A DNA stretch of 64,000 nt from Octopus vulgaris. Taxonomy: Eukaryota. The number at the start of each line of letters is the position of its first letter. The stretch's first letter is position 1. The notes under the pieces are model-generated. The model made no database searches. It saw only the letters and a list, made by a program, of their open reading frames with translations, and was not told the DNA's origin. The stretch is from NCBI GenBank assembly GCA_951406725.2, contig OX597829.1, forward strand, positions 17,298,001 to 17,362,000. Reading direction: 5' to 3'. Below, piece by piece: positions 12,430 to 26,353 of the stretch. Position numbers and translations under genes: made by a program.

Positions 12430-12631
12430 TATATATTTGTGTGTGTGGCTCCTCGCCATAGCTCGACAACCGATGTTGGTGTATTTACATACCCGTACTT
12501 AGCAGTTCGGCAAAATAGACCGATAGAATAAGAAATAGGCTTATAAAGAATAAGTCATGGGGCCGATTTCTTCGACTATAAGCAGTGCTCCAGTATGGCC
12601 GCAGTCAAATGACTGAAACAAGTAAAAGAAT
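12430..12631 (+). mobile_element. SINE type B 3' half, local duplicate of 11360-11550
   Basis: Shares private variants (tatttacatacccgtacttagcagttcggcaaaatagaccg). Confidence 0.85.
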
Positions 12632-13332
12632 AACCCTAATCCTAAGGATAAAAATTCAAATAAAATATTTAGATTTAGAAAATATTAGCTTTTATTGAAA
12701 CTAAAAATTTCGTTACAAGTTATTACTTCTATTTATTATTTGTTACTTCTATTAAAAATATAAAATAACTCTAAATATTTTTTGCACTTTAAAAAAATTC
12801 ATTTTTTAATTATTAATTAATAATAAAAAATTTCAATATAAGTTATAAAAATAATAGAAGTGCATAATTAGTACAATAAATAGAATAATACAAAAATTAG
12901 TTATATATTACAGTCAAATCTAGCTATAACAACAAATTCACAGTAAAATTTGCTTGAGTTATTGCTTAAGTTATTCCTAAGTCTTCACATTTTTAGTCTT
13001 GACCCAATGCCTATTTTTGACATAAGGAATTTGCCTAACGTAAAAGTACTAAACTTTAAAGGAGTAATGCATCAAAGCCCAAACAGCAAACTCATGGTAA
13101 ATCGCTACTAAAATTTCTATTTCCAGGTTGATTACCACAAATACGCATACAAAAGTGAGAAAATCCTCCAGGTTGACTCAAATAAAAACGGCTACTCTCG
13201 GATATGATAGTGTTCCTTCCATTAATTCCAAACAAAGCGCCAGAACTAAGCTCTGTCTTTGTGAAACTCTTCAACCTCTTCCATTTTCTTTCTTTCTCTT
13301 ACTCCCACTTTCTTTTTCTACAGTTATACACC

Positions 13333-13549
13333 TATTTCTTTACTACCCACAAGGGGCTAAACACAAAGAGGACAAACAAGGACAGACAAAGGGATTAAGT
13401 CGATTATATCGACCCCAGTGCGTAACTGGTACTTATTTAATCGACCCCGAAAAGATGAAAGGCAAAGTCGACCTCGGCGGAATTTGAATTCAGAACGTAA
13501 CGGCAGACGAAATACGGCTACGCATTTCGCCCGGCGTGCTAACGGTTCT
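13333..13549 (-). mobile_element. SINE type A (tRNA head plus Meta-like core GCCTTTCATCCTTTCGGGGTCGAT..AAGTACCAG)
   Basis: Reverse complement of the full copy at 52118-52348. Confidence 0.9.
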
Positions 13550-13699
13550 AACATAAATGAGTGGCAATCCCCAAGGAGGGCAATAATTTAAATCTTGTCA
13601 GCTGCTGTTCTGTTGCACTCGCATCAGTGATCTCAAATGCGGTAGAAACAGTCGTTTAATAACGGGTTTCTTCAACACCTTAGAGCTCTTTCTCTCCTG

Positions 13700-14040
13700 G
13701 GTGGCCATAAATACGACTTATATAAAATCAAGCACGCTGCATACCTATGCTCTTACGTCACATACCGATGAGTTCTCGTCTTCGACAAAATTTGGTGAAA
13801 ACAATGTTGTTCCTGTGGACTTTAGCAAAGAATTAAAACATATCTCACACGTGAAACTCCAGCAAAATTGTCCGTCTATGGGCTTAATCCTATCTTCATC
13901 ATTTTGAATGGCGACTTCTTGTCAGATCGTGTAGTCATGACGTGAGCTGTGGAAGTCTCTCTGACTCACATTGTATGAAGTTTGCTGTGTATCAGAGTTC
14001 CATTTGTCTCTCCTTATTCTTCCATATATGCTCTTGTAAT
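13700..14040 (+). mobile_element. Highly decayed CR1/Jockey-group reverse transcriptase fragment
   Basis: Across frameshifts it reads GENNVVPVDFSKELKHISH..KLSVYGL..DFLSDR..AVYQSSI, echoing LDxSKAFD.V.H..KL..YG..FLSDR..GVPQGS. Confidence 0.55.
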
Positions 14041-14224
14041 TTACCCGACAGAACGTTATTAATGGCCGTCTCTACACATGCATTACCGCCCTTCATTTCT
14101 CCATAACCAACTGTCCCAGCCAAAGTTTATGAAACGGTTTTTTTCTTTTTGGCGGGGGAAGCTAAATGTGTTTATCTTTGAACGTTTTCAGCAAAATAAT
14201 GACATTTTGTTGAAAAATTGTGAC

Positions 14225-14675
14225 TTCCTTCGGTCGTGAATGACGATGGAATTACACCTAGAAAGTTATTCTCCGAGGTACAAGTCTGAGCAAGGTTGTT
14301 TATTGAAGACCAGCAGTCGCCCATGCATACCGGCCTCCCCTCTCCACGCCACCGTGGGGAAAGGCAAAGGCCAATACAGCTTGGCACCGGTGACGTCGCA
14401 GCTCATTTATTAACGTGCAAGTGGCTGAGTACCCCACAGACACGTGGTTCTCGGGGAGATTCAGCATGACACAGAGTGTGACAAGGCTGGCTCTTTGAAA
14501 TATAGATACAAGAGAAACAGGAAGAAAGAGTGGGAGAAAGTTGTGGTGAAAGAGTAGTGCCGGAGCCTCGTGGAGCTTTAGGTGTTTTCGCTCAATAAGC
14601 ACACACAATGCCTGGTCTGGGAATCAAAACCGCGATCCTAACCACTGCCCTAACCACTGTGCCATTGCGCCTCTA
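14225..14675 (-). mobile_element. Chimeric SINE (type C head, type E core, type D tail) with 12-bp TSD
   Basis: The modules match 43035-43311, 62285-62604 and 4742-5080. TSD ttgttgaaaaat lies at 14207-14218 and 14677-14688. Confidence 0.8.
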
Positions 14676-15320
14676 CTTGTTGAAAAATAAACTTATATAT
14701 AAATACCTTTAGTGAAAAATAAACGTATTTTTGTAAAAAAAATCCTTAAAAGTAGTGATTTATGAGGTAGATAAGACGAGAATATTTTGTTATAAAAAAA
14801 ATCTAAATTATAGCTGAAAAAATATTCCGATTTTATGGAAGAGAAACTAAAATATGAGGATATTTTGTGAAAAAAAAAAAAAAAGGAAAGTAATGCATAA
14901 GGATATTTAAAATGTAAGATTTTGTGAGAAAATCTAAAAGGTAAAAAAATATTTGTCGAAATATTTAATATTTGAAGTTTCTGTAAATAACTAAAATAAC
15001 TAAAATATATAAGTAATTTGGTGGAACTCTTAGTCTCTGATAAAGGAAGTTTAATTTTTTTTTTAAATAATAGATTAAAAATATATGGACTTCGCGTGAA
15101 AAATATCTTCAAATAGTTTAGAACCTTTGTTGAGAGCATACACACATACACACCAGTAAAGACAGAAGCATTTATTTATGCGCATGCGCGTGTTTGCGTG
15201 AGTTGAATTCTTGGAAAAAAACTCCATAAATTTAAATGACTTTCGGTTTTAAAAATGTTTTTACTTTCAAACCAATAGTTTGATGGAAACACGTATTATT
15301 ACGGTATTGTTTGAAAAATG

Positions 15321-15732
15321 GGATCTTTTCGGTTTGAACGGCGGTGTTATATGAAATTGTCACCCATAATTATGACCTTAATATCGATCTATTGCATTTC
15401 AATCTGTTTTAGGGTTAGGGTTAGGGGTGGGGTGGAAGGGTATCTTTTTTTTCTTCAGAAATATAAATAAACCCAATCTGTTTTTTAAACGAGGGACATA
15501 TTCACACGGCACAGAATGGTTTTTTTCTTTTACCTCAATAGATGTATTTGATTGGTTGAAATTGCAGAAATTGAAGGAAAAAACAACAAATATCTTACAA
15601 ACTATAGAATTTTATCAATAAAGCCAAGAGAAAAAGATGTTTTATAAACACATTCTACCCGTATACAAAGTTTAACATTTTTTAGTTACCTAGAAATTAT
15701 GTTAAAAACTGCCGTTCAAACCGAAAAGATCC
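15321..15732. mobile_element. MITE with perfect 22-bp TIRs and 8-bp TSD
   Basis: TIRs ggatcttttcggtttgaacggc / gccgttcaaaccgaaaagatcc. TSD gaaaaatg at 15313-15320 and 15733-15740. Three internal TTAGGG units. Confidence 0.92.
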
Positions 15733-15930
15733 GAAAAATGATATTACAATTTACCTTTACTATTAATTAACATAGTTGGAACTATAATTGTGTTTTAAAC
15801 TCCGAAGATGCTGGTAATGGCTGTTGAATAGATCATGTTTGTTGAAATATACCAAAATTATAAGTATTTCTTCATTTAATTTGATGTCATTTCATAGAAA
15901 GTAAAATTCCCAGATGATCTGGTAACTATC

Positions 15931-16161
15931 TGTTTCTTTATTACCCACAGGGGCTAAACAAGGATGGGCCAAACAAGGACAGACAAACGAATTAAGTCGA
16001 TTACATCGACACCAGTGCGTAACTGGTACTTAATTTATCGACCTCGAAAGGGTGAAAGGCAAAGTCGACCTCGGCGGAATTTGAACTCAGAATGTAGCGG
16101 CAGACGAAATACGGCTACGCATTTCGCCCGGTGTGCTAACGTTTCTGCCAGCTCGCCGCCT
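15931..16161 (-). mobile_element. SINE type A
   Basis: Full-length, flanked by the duplication tgatctggtaa(c/t)tatc. Confidence 0.9.
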
Positions 16162-16310
16162 TTGATCTGGTAATTATCGATAACTAAGGAATCAGAGATT
16201 GACATAACACAAAACAGCACAAAATATCCCACTAAAATATTCAGCAAAACATCTCAGTGACCCATTTTACATTTACCATTTTATGTCTAGATTGCGTGGA
16301 TTTCATGCAT

Positions 16311-16767
16311 CAGAAATTCTCATCATGGGTGGTAATCGCCCCCAGGGGAGCGCTGGGTATGTCGAAGGAGGCGTTAGGCTTTAGGAGGCGGCGATGGAGT
16401 GGGTTAGGTAATATAAATAACATAGTAAATTTAACTGTAGTAGTAATTATATTATACATGATAAAATTAGTTATGGTTATTAAAATAAAATGAGAGATAA
16501 GTATATATCTTGGCTAAAAACATGTTTGATCCAAGATAATTAATTTTTAATTATACTTTTCTGGCTTGAGTAGAATTTTTCAAACGTGTAGTCTTGCTTG
16601 TTTTCTTTGTATATTGTGAACTCCATTTGAGTAAAATTTATAAGTTATCATCCATGTCAAGCTAGTTTAGTCGTGATACCTCACTCGCCACTTAAGTGAG
16701 TGTGAGAAGCAAAAATTATTTAAAAATGGGCGCTGCAAAAAAGGAAAAAAATTCTTAGGAACCACTG
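16311..16767. mobile_element. Old hAT-like MITE
   Basis: Right end ..ttaggaaccactg resembles CAGTGGTTC-type TIRs. The left end cagaaattctca is degenerate and no TSD is seen. Confidence 0.4.
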
Positions 16768-16803
16768 GCCTAAAACACTCATATATATATAGTAATGTTC
16801 TGG

Positions 16804-17036
16804 AAGGTAGCGAGCTGGCAGAAACGTTAGCACGCCGGGCGAAATACGTAGCCGTATTTCGTCTGCCGTTACGTTCTGGGTTCAAATTCCGCCGAGGTCG
16901 ACTTTGCCTTTCATCCTTTCGGGGTCGATAAATTAAGTACCAGTGTGTAACTGGGGTTGACGTAATCGACTTAATCCGTTTGTCTGTCCTTGTTTGTTCC
17001 CTCTGTGTGTAGCTCCTTGTGGGTTGTAAAGAAATA
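16804..17036 (+). mobile_element. SINE type A
   Basis: Full-length, with TSD tatatagtaatgt(t/c)ctgg. Confidence 0.9.
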
Positions 17037-17049
17037 TATATAGTAATGT

Positions 17050-17265
17050 CCTGGGTCTGGCATTAAACTCCACCCGATAATGAGACTCCAGTTCAGGAGT
17101 TCTGGAAATGTGGATTGCATAGAATCATCTCTTATTTACCATTCTGACCCAGAACAGTAGTATCGGTCGGAGTCCCATCTATAGGTTAAACAGATTTTTG
17201 TAAAAATCGATTGAGGTTCTTCAGCTGCAGTGAAAGAAATCAATCTAGGAGAAAGAAAACTCCAA
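17050..17265 (+). repeat. Old dispersed repeat, related to 22215-22335
   Basis: Shared motifs tctgac..gtagta..gtc(c/t)catc..agattttt..tgaaag..atcaatctag. Confidence 0.5.
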
Positions 17266-18138
17266 AATTAATATTCTCTTCCAGCATGACATAAAAGTTT
17301 GTCTTCCCACAAACGTTACGATAAACGTAAATTTTCATAAACTTACGTCGCTCTTCGTTATGCTCTTTCCCAGTTTCTCCTATTAGTCACAAATATACAA
17401 CTGCTTTTTTTGAGATTTCTGACATCGTAGATGTCCCACTGCTCCCATCTGGTTCTCACTATGTCGTCTTAGTTCTAATTAATCTCCAGAAATGCCTTTT
17501 AATGGTCAGATTTTCGAATCGATAAGGAAGCATTGACAACAACAACAGCCATTAGAAAAATAACAACCATAATATGCGATCGTTTGTTGGTCAGTGGGAT
17601 CGTTTCAGATATATGCGGTTGGAAAGTTTGATTTCTGCGAGTTCGACGTAATTAATATCTGGTCCCATAGAAAAAGCCTCAAAGTAATAATCCCTTTTGC
17701 CTACTCAACATTAATTGTATTCAATAGATGTTTTTTTTTATCCTAAAAAAAATATATAAAAAACAAATAGAGAGGAAAGAAGAAACAAGAATTCATTTTG
17801 AAAGACGGAATAAATCTAAGACAAACACACAAAAAAAATGAAAAAATGAATAAATAAAAAACGGCATGGCTTAATTTGATAATGTGTGTGTGTGTGTGTG
17901 TTGTACAAAGATGCTGTATTGAGAAATTTACTGTAGTTGATATAAATACACAAACACACACATACATACGCATATACACGCACACACACACACACACATG
18001 CACACTTACGCGCTCATATATATTTCCTATGGAAATGAATATATATATTCTAAGAATTTAGCAAAATATTTTTGATCTAGGAGAGCCAATATATTTCACT
18101 GAAGAACAAGATATATTTTCATTTACTTAATATCCTAC

Positions 18139-18189
<51 letters not shown>

Positions 18190-18242
18190 ATATATATGTA
18201 TGTATCTAAGTATATATATGTATGTATGTAAGTATATATATG

Positions 18243-18305
<63 letters not shown>

Positions 18306-18786
18306 TCATATTATATATATTATACGATTATTTTATATTCTTCATATAAACGCAAATCCCGTAGGGGCGGGGTAAAGAAAGCAGAAATAATAAATAAATT
18401 AGTGAATACAAATAAGAAAAAAAGAAGTAACTAAAAAAAAAAATTAAATGTGGGTAAATTAAAACACAAAGGCAAACCAAAAGATTACATCTGGGATTTT
18501 CTGCTGGAATTTAATTTCATGTGATATTAATAAAAAATTCTGTAAATGGATCCTCGCATATAATTATTGACAACTCGTAGTAAATTGGTTTAAAGTTTTG
18601 GTACGAGGCCGGTACCTTCGGAGGAGGGTGTAGTCGACTACTGGTACTTAATTTATCGACCCTGAAAGGATTAAAGGGTGGAATTTGAACTAGTAATGGA
18701 TTCAAATTTTTGCACAAGAGCAACGGTTTCTTTGAGGGGAAGAAATTGAATTCATCAACCACAATATTTGCATGGTACACATTTTA

Positions 18787-19177
18787 TTCTATTCTACTCT
18801 AGGCACAAGGGCCGAAATTTTGGTGGGAGAGGCCAGTCGAGTAGATCGACGCAATTGGTACTTCATTTATCGACCCTGAAAGCATGAAAGGCAAAATCGA
18901 CAACGGTAGAATTTTAACTCAGAACGTAAAGACAGACGAAATTCTTATTTCTTTATTGCCCACAAGGGGCTACACACAGAGGGGACGAACAAGGAGAGAC
19001 AAAGGGATTAAGTCGATTACATCGACCCCAGTGCGTAACTGGTACTTAATTTATCAACCCTGAAAGGATGAAAGGCAAAGTCGATATCGACGGAATTTGA
19101 ACTCAGAACGTAAAGACAGACGAAATACGGCTAAGCATTTGCCCGGCGTGCTAACGATTCTGCCAGCTCGCTGCCCT
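18787..19177 (-). mobile_element. Dimeric SINE type A with 15-bp TSD
   Basis: A full unit followed by a head-less unit with an alternative tail. TSD atggtacacatttta at 18772-18786 and 19178-19192. Older decayed A fragments lie at 18580-18690 and 19195-19540. Confidence 0.85.
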
Positions 19178-19551
19178 ATGGTACACATTTTAATAACATC
19201 GAAATGATAAAAGGCAAAGATGACCTAAACGAAATTTTAACTCAGAACATAAAATCAATTAAAATACTACTAAACAAGAGCAGCAGTTTTTGAGGGCAAG
19301 TAGAAGTTGATTCCATCAACTCTATTATTTGCCTGCTACATATTACATTGACATGGAAATGATGAAAAGTAAAGTTGACCTCAACGAAATTTGAACTCAG
19401 AACACAAAAACAAATAAACCGCCACTAAACATTTTGGCAAAAGGCCACCAACTTCGGCGGATTATATCGACCCTTGTGCTTGACTGGTACTTATTTTATC
19501 GAAAGAGTGAAAGTCGGAATTTGAACTAAGCTAAGCATTTTCTATATATAT

Positions 19552-19606
<55 letters not shown>

Positions 19607-19672
19607 ATCTATATACACACACATACGCACATATGCACGCACAAACACATCTATCTATCTATCTATCTATCA

Positions 19673-19735
<63 letters not shown>

Positions 19736-19944
19736 AATCTCGTTGTCCATTCATCCGTCTTGCTTGTTAGCTAACTACTTACCTACATGCCTACCCATGT
19801 GTGGTTTCCACGTATATCTTCACAGTCTAGTTTTTGTTCCTAATTTTGACCCACCAAAAATCCCAAATTTTACTTTGGTACTTATGGGAGCAACTGTCTT
19901 CGAAGACTCATATTGTCGTTCAATGCTCAAAATGAGGAGTAGAT

Positions 19945-20084
19945 AGACAGTCGACAACTGATGAGGGATCCTTATTTGTGTTACTTGTCCTGTTTTCCAT
20001 TCGTTTATCTCGTTGTTTGCGTATTGAATTAATTTGTTTTCGTATTTCATGTTGTTTATTGTTGGCGACGTCCTGTACCCATAT

Positions 20085-20090
<6 letters not shown>
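19945..20090 (+). repeat. Dispersed repeat (gacaactgatga...gtcctgt(a/g)cccatata), related to 39310-39475 on minus
   Basis: The two copies share ends and spacing. Confidence 0.55.
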
Positions 20091-20156
<66 letters not shown>

Positions 20157-20603
20157 TTGCGTGAGCATGCATATAGATTAATATATGGATGTAAGCATTA
20201 ATATAAAAATCGTGGCTGCGTGCGTGTATGTTGGATTACGGGTTCGCCTCTTACTTTCATATTTCTGACTTCGTGCATGTGCGTATGCACGTTGTGTACG
20301 TTCGAGCATATGTGTGTGTGTGCATGTGTGTGTACGTGTGTTTGTGTGTGTGCAGGGACTATTAAATACTCTAGTTTGTTACCGCATTACAAATAATTAA
20401 AGAAAAGAGAACACCCAGTAGCTAAGTAAAAAAAATAAGACAACATAAAAAAGAAATTATATAAAATTTTTCCCCATTTCCCTGATATGGAACTCCTTTG
20501 TGATTCAAACGGTAACCAAATATGATATTCAATTACTACAACATTTGTCTAAGTTTACTCACAGACACTATTCAATGTAACTAACATATTATACTATATT
20601 TTA

Positions 20604-20649
<46 letters not shown>

Positions 20650-20804
20650 AATATTGTTCCCATATTAATTTGTTTTCAAATATCAAAGTTGTACTTTTCT
20701 GTTCGCAGCTCTCTTAATCCGAGATTATGTGTTTGTTGGCACTGGAATAATCTCACGATTGTTGATTGAACCTTGGTAACCATTTATCCTTTCATTCTCT
20801 TTTT

Positions 20805-21275
<471 letters not shown>

Positions 21276-21534
21276 AGATTTATGTGTGTGTTACTTTAGA
21301 TTGGTCATTATTGATATTTTAGTGACCTTGCTCATATAGCTACACAGGTCAAAAGTGACACTTGTCATGGAAAGTCACTGACGAGGCCACAGGACGTGTG
21401 ACTATAGATTTAAGGCAAAAACCGCTAAAATAATAATAATAATAATAATAGTGAAGAACAAGTATATATGACCACACCGAAATAAAGCAATATGCGTTTC
21501 AAACTTGATTTTACATCAGCAATCTTTCAAAACA

Positions 21535-21884
<350 letters not shown>

Positions 21885-21893
21885 TGTGTAATT

Positions 21894-22145
21894 GTCACTA
21901 AATGTGACTAGAGTGTTTAGAAACACCTACATTGCTAAAAATAAGAGATAAATGCTCTAGTGCTGAAGTTAACGTACATGAACGAAAGCATATATACTAA
22001 CATGGACCGTAATCGCCTGAAAAATACCGATCAAGAATTCTTAATACTGTTTTCATTCATGTGAGTTAACTACAGTATTTGAGTATTTTAGCTCTTATTT
22101 CTAGCAATGTGGGTGTTTCTTAATACTCTAGTCACATTTAGTGAC
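21894..22145. repeat. Inverted repeat (~65-bp arms)
   Basis: gtcactaaatgtgactagagtgtttagaaacacctacattgctaaaaataagag pairs with ctcttatttctagcaatgtgggtgtttcttaatactctagtcacatttagtgac. Confidence 0.8.
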
Positions 22146-22349
22146 ACTTATAATTCTTCTTTGGGGAAATATTGCAGCCTGCTGCTTATATTAATTTTGT
22201 ATGTATATATATTGGTCCCTTCTGACGTGGTATGGTAGTACCTGTTAGGGTCTCATCGACGAGTTGCATAGATTTTTATAAAGATAAATTGAGCTCCTTT
22301 TGCTGTGATGAAAGCGATCAATCTAGAAAAAAACTTTAAAATGAATACC

Positions 22350-22581
22350 TATTTCTTTACTACCCACAAGGGGCTAAACACAGAGGAGACAAACACGGAC
22401 AGACAGACGGATGAAGTCGATTACATCGACCCCAGTGCGTATCCGGTACTTAATTTATCGACCCCGAAAGGATGAAAGGTAAAGTCGACCTCGGCGGTAT
22501 TTGAACTCACAACGTACGGCAGACGAAATACGGCTACGCATTTCGCCCGGCGTGCTAACGTTTGTGCCAGCTCCCCGCCTT
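22350..22581 (-). mobile_element. SINE type A with 17-bp TSD
   Basis: TSD actttaaaatgaatacc at 22333-22349 and 22582-22598. Confidence 0.92.
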
Positions 22582-22980
22582 ACTTTAAAATGAATACCAT
22601 TTTCCATCATACCCTAAACCAGCAAGAAAGAGTATGGCTGATAAAGCTAACGTAAGGTATGTCCAATAATACAGACCCATACAATGGAGATAACTATTTC
22701 TTGTTAGTGCACATTCTGCCGTAGGTGGAGATAGCGAGAAATGAATGATATACGGTTATAATCAACTCTATCTTATTTTCACAGATTTTTATTGCTTTAA
22801 AAAGTGTAAACAAGTATCATATACACATGCGACCTGGTTATTTATGAAACGCTGTCATATTTGTGTATGTGTTTTATTTTTCATGGCGATTTAGAACATG
22901 AAATTCCACAAAGTTCCGGTTCAGTTCCTGATTATAGGAGTACAGATACACTTTTGCACTTGAGTCTACAAATGGTGCAT

Positions 22981-23211
<231 letters not shown>

Positions 23212-23212
<1 letters not shown>

Positions 23213-23430
23213 AGGCGGTGAGTTGACAGAATCGTTAGCACGCCGGGCGAAATGCTGAGCGGTATTTCATCAGTCCTACGTTCTGAATTCAAATTCCGCT
23301 CCGCTGAGTTCGACTTGCCTTTCATCTTTTCGGGATCGATAAAGTAAGTACCTGTTGAAAACTGAAATCGATGTAATCTTGTATGTCCTTTCCCTGAAAC
23401 GGCTGGTCTTATACGAAAATCTGAGACCAT
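23212..23430 (+). mobile_element. SINE type A variant (alternative tail)
   Basis: Head aaggcggtgagttgacagaatcgttagcacgccgggcg followed by the type A core. Confidence 0.8.
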
Positions 23431-23459
23431 CATTGTTAATAATAATAATAATAATAATA

Positions 23460-26110
23460 CTGAGCAACAAAAAGAGAACAAAAATACTCCGCAAATATAA
23501 CATCACAGAGAAAGATTTGCCTGAGATAAAAGAAAAGCTGAAGCAAGATATCCTTGCCAAAGCACAAAGGATCCGCCGGTACGAGAAACGCCAACGCTTC
23601 TTTGAACAAAACAAAAAGTTCAACTCCAACCCCAAAAAGTTCTACCAAGAACTGGGCAAAAATAAAATAGAAGTCACTGCAGCACCAACGGCAGAAGAAT
23701 TGGAAGAATTCTGGAGAGAAATATGGTCGGCGAACGAACAACCAAAAAAAGGAGTATCAAAATAACAAACTCGGCATCTGAACAACTTTGGACCCCCATA
23801 ACAACTGAAGAGGTCACCCAGGCACTGCAAAGACTAAGCAACTGGAAGGCACCTGGGCATGACAAGATCCCCAACTTCTGGTTGAAATATCTAACAGGAA
23901 TGCACAAAAAGCTGGCTGAAAACTTTAACAACATACTAGCAGAGCCAGAGACAATGCCTGAATGGCTCACGAAGGGGAAAACCATCTTAGTTCCCAAATC
24001 AAATGAAACAACAAAACCAGAAAATTACAGACCAATAACCTGCCTCCCTACTATGTTCAAGGCATTTACTGCAGTGATATCGCAAAGGCTGAACAAGCAC
24101 CTGGACGAAAACAAACTGTTCCCAGAAGAGCAGAAAGGATGCCGCAAAGGCTCATATGGCTGTAAAGATCAACTAATGATTAATAAAGCCGTAACTGAAG
24201 ACAGCCACAGAAAGAAGAAAGGCCTCAGTATGGCCTGGATTGACTACAAAAAGGCGTTTGATAGCATCCCCCACACATGGATCCTCGAAACACTAGCCAT
24301 TAACAAAGTAGCACCAACAATCACAAAATTCATAGAGCACTCTATGAATAAATGGCAAACAGTCCTACACCTCCAAACAAAAGAGGGACTCATGAAAACC
24401 AAAGACATCCCCATTAGAAGAGGAATATTCCAGGGAGACACGCTCTCTCCACTCCTTTTCTGCTTGGCACTGTCACCTCTATCTGATATACTAAATAGAA
24501 CTGGATGCGGATATAAATGTTACGGCAAAACGATCAGCCACCTTTTATATATGGATGACCTAAAACTATACGCTGCAAATGACAAACAGCTGGAAACACT
24601 ATTAAAGACAGTTCATGGATTTACCAAAGAAATAGATATGAAATTTGGATTAGAAAAATGCGCCAAAGTAACCATGAAAAGAGGAAAACTAGTTAAGAGT
24701 AACAACATCACACTAGATAAAACCAATGAAATAAAAGAATTAGACCAAAGCCAAACTTACAAATACTTAGGAATCCATGAACTAGATAAGACACAACACA
24801 CACAAATGAAAGAGAAAATAAAAAAAGAATATTATAGACGAGTTAGATCAATACTAAAAACAGAGCTCAATGCAAAAAACAAGATAATAGGTATCAACAC
24901 TTTAGTTGTCCCAGTTATAAGTTACAGCTACAATATCCTTAACTGGACACGAAATGAACTGACCAAAATAGATAGGAAAACAAGAAAAATAATGACAGGA
25001 TCTAGGATGCATCACCCAAAATCTGACATAGAAAGACTATATATATACAACGTATAGAAGGTGGTAGAAGCCTTATACAACTGGAAAGCTACTATAAAAT
25101 AACCACCATAGGACTGCAAAAATATCTACTTCAGAAGGAAGGAAAACTGATCCAGATAGCGGCAAAATACGAGCAAAACAAAAAACTGTTCTCAGTATTT
25201 AAGGAAGCTGACAAATACAAACAAGAAATCATACCACCTAATAAACACGAAGAAGAAGAAGAAGATGAAGAAACAAGAAAAGCTATAAAACAAATGAAAT
25301 CCAAACTAAAAATAGAACAGCAACGAACCATGATAAAACGATGGCAAGAAAAGCCCCTTCATGGTAAATACTGCACTAAACTAAACGCAAAAGAAATAGA
25401 CAAAGAAAAATCCCAGCAATGGTTGAGAAGCTCAGGACTCAAAGCAGAAACAGAGGGATTTTTAATTGCAGCACAAGACCAAAGCCTCCCCACCAGAAAT
25501 TACCAAAAACATGTAATGAAAAGAAATATAACAAGTAACTGCAGAATATGTGGAGATGGACAAGAAACAATAAATCATATTATCTCTAGCTGCCCAGTCC
25601 TGGCTAAGAAGGAATATATTCACAGACATGACAGAGTTGGAACCTACATACATTGGAAGCTATGCCAACATTATGGAATAACAACAGAAAAAAAGATGGT
25701 ATAGGCACACATCAGAAAAGGTCACAGAAAACGAGAAAGCAACCATACTCTGGGATATGCCGATACACATAGATAGAGGAATTAAGGCCAACAAACCAGA
25801 TATAGTTGTCAGAGATCATGAAGAAAAAAAATGCTTTCTAATTGATGTATCAATACCGGCAGATGACAACGTGTCTCTAAAAGAAATGGAGAAACTCTCA
25901 AAATACAAAGACCTGGAAATAGAGGTAACTAGAATGTGGAACCTGAAAACAGAAACAATTCCTATCATAGTAGGTGCACTAGGCATGATAAAAAAATATT
26001 CAGACAAATACATAACAAAAACATCTGGACTTACAAACACATATAACATAGAGAAAATTGCACTACTAGGCACTGCACACATCCTACGCAGAACACTTTC
26101 CATACAATAA
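23460..26110 (+). pseudogene. Frameshifted RT-RLE ORF of the R4/Dong-like element
   Basis: ORF pieces 23355-23765, 23723-25057, 25294-25704 and 25757-26110 join via frameshifts near 23750, 25045 (TA run) and 25690 (A run). Confidence 0.9.
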
Positions 26111-26227
26111 CCATCAGAGCATACAACAAATCACAGCACATACCCAAGGCACACAGAGCTGCACTCGGTAGTGAAGTGAAAGCACGCTATAAAAATAAAA
26201 CTACTGAATAATAATAATAATAATAAT
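23460..26227 (+). mobile_element. 5'-truncated R4/Dong-clade non-LTR retrotransposon (RT, CCHC, restriction-like endonuclease) in (TAA)n
   Basis: RT motifs KAPGHD, YRPITCL, EEQKG, WIDYKKAFDS, GIFQGDTLSPLLF and YMDD (24548-24559). Zinc knuckle CRICGDGQETINHIISSC..RHD. RLE motif KPDIVV..IDVS..K..KY. TAA repeats lie on both sides. Confidence 0.95.
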
Positions 26228-26236
26228 GAGAAGACG

Positions 26237-26352
26237 AAGAAGAAGAAGAAGAAGAAGAAGAAGAAGAAGAAGAAGAAGAAGAAGAAGAAGAAGAAGAAGA
26301 AGAAGAAGAAGAAGAAGAAGAAGAAGAAGAAGAAGAAGAAGAAGAAGAAGAA
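26237..26352. repeat. (GAA)n microsatellite
   Basis: Seen directly in the sequence. Confidence 0.98.
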
Positions 26353-26353
26353 C

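Noticed and set aside
13128-13554. Recurring short ORFs (SEFKFRRGRLCLS, YRPRKDERQSRPRRNLNSE)
   Set aside because: They are incidental frames through SINE type A, not a gene family.
15409-15426. True telomere or fusion site
   Set aside because: There are only three units and they lie inside a MITE.
19945-19975. CTGATGA as a hammerhead core (also 39450-39472 minus)
   Set aside because: No stem II followed by GAAA in a valid arrangement.
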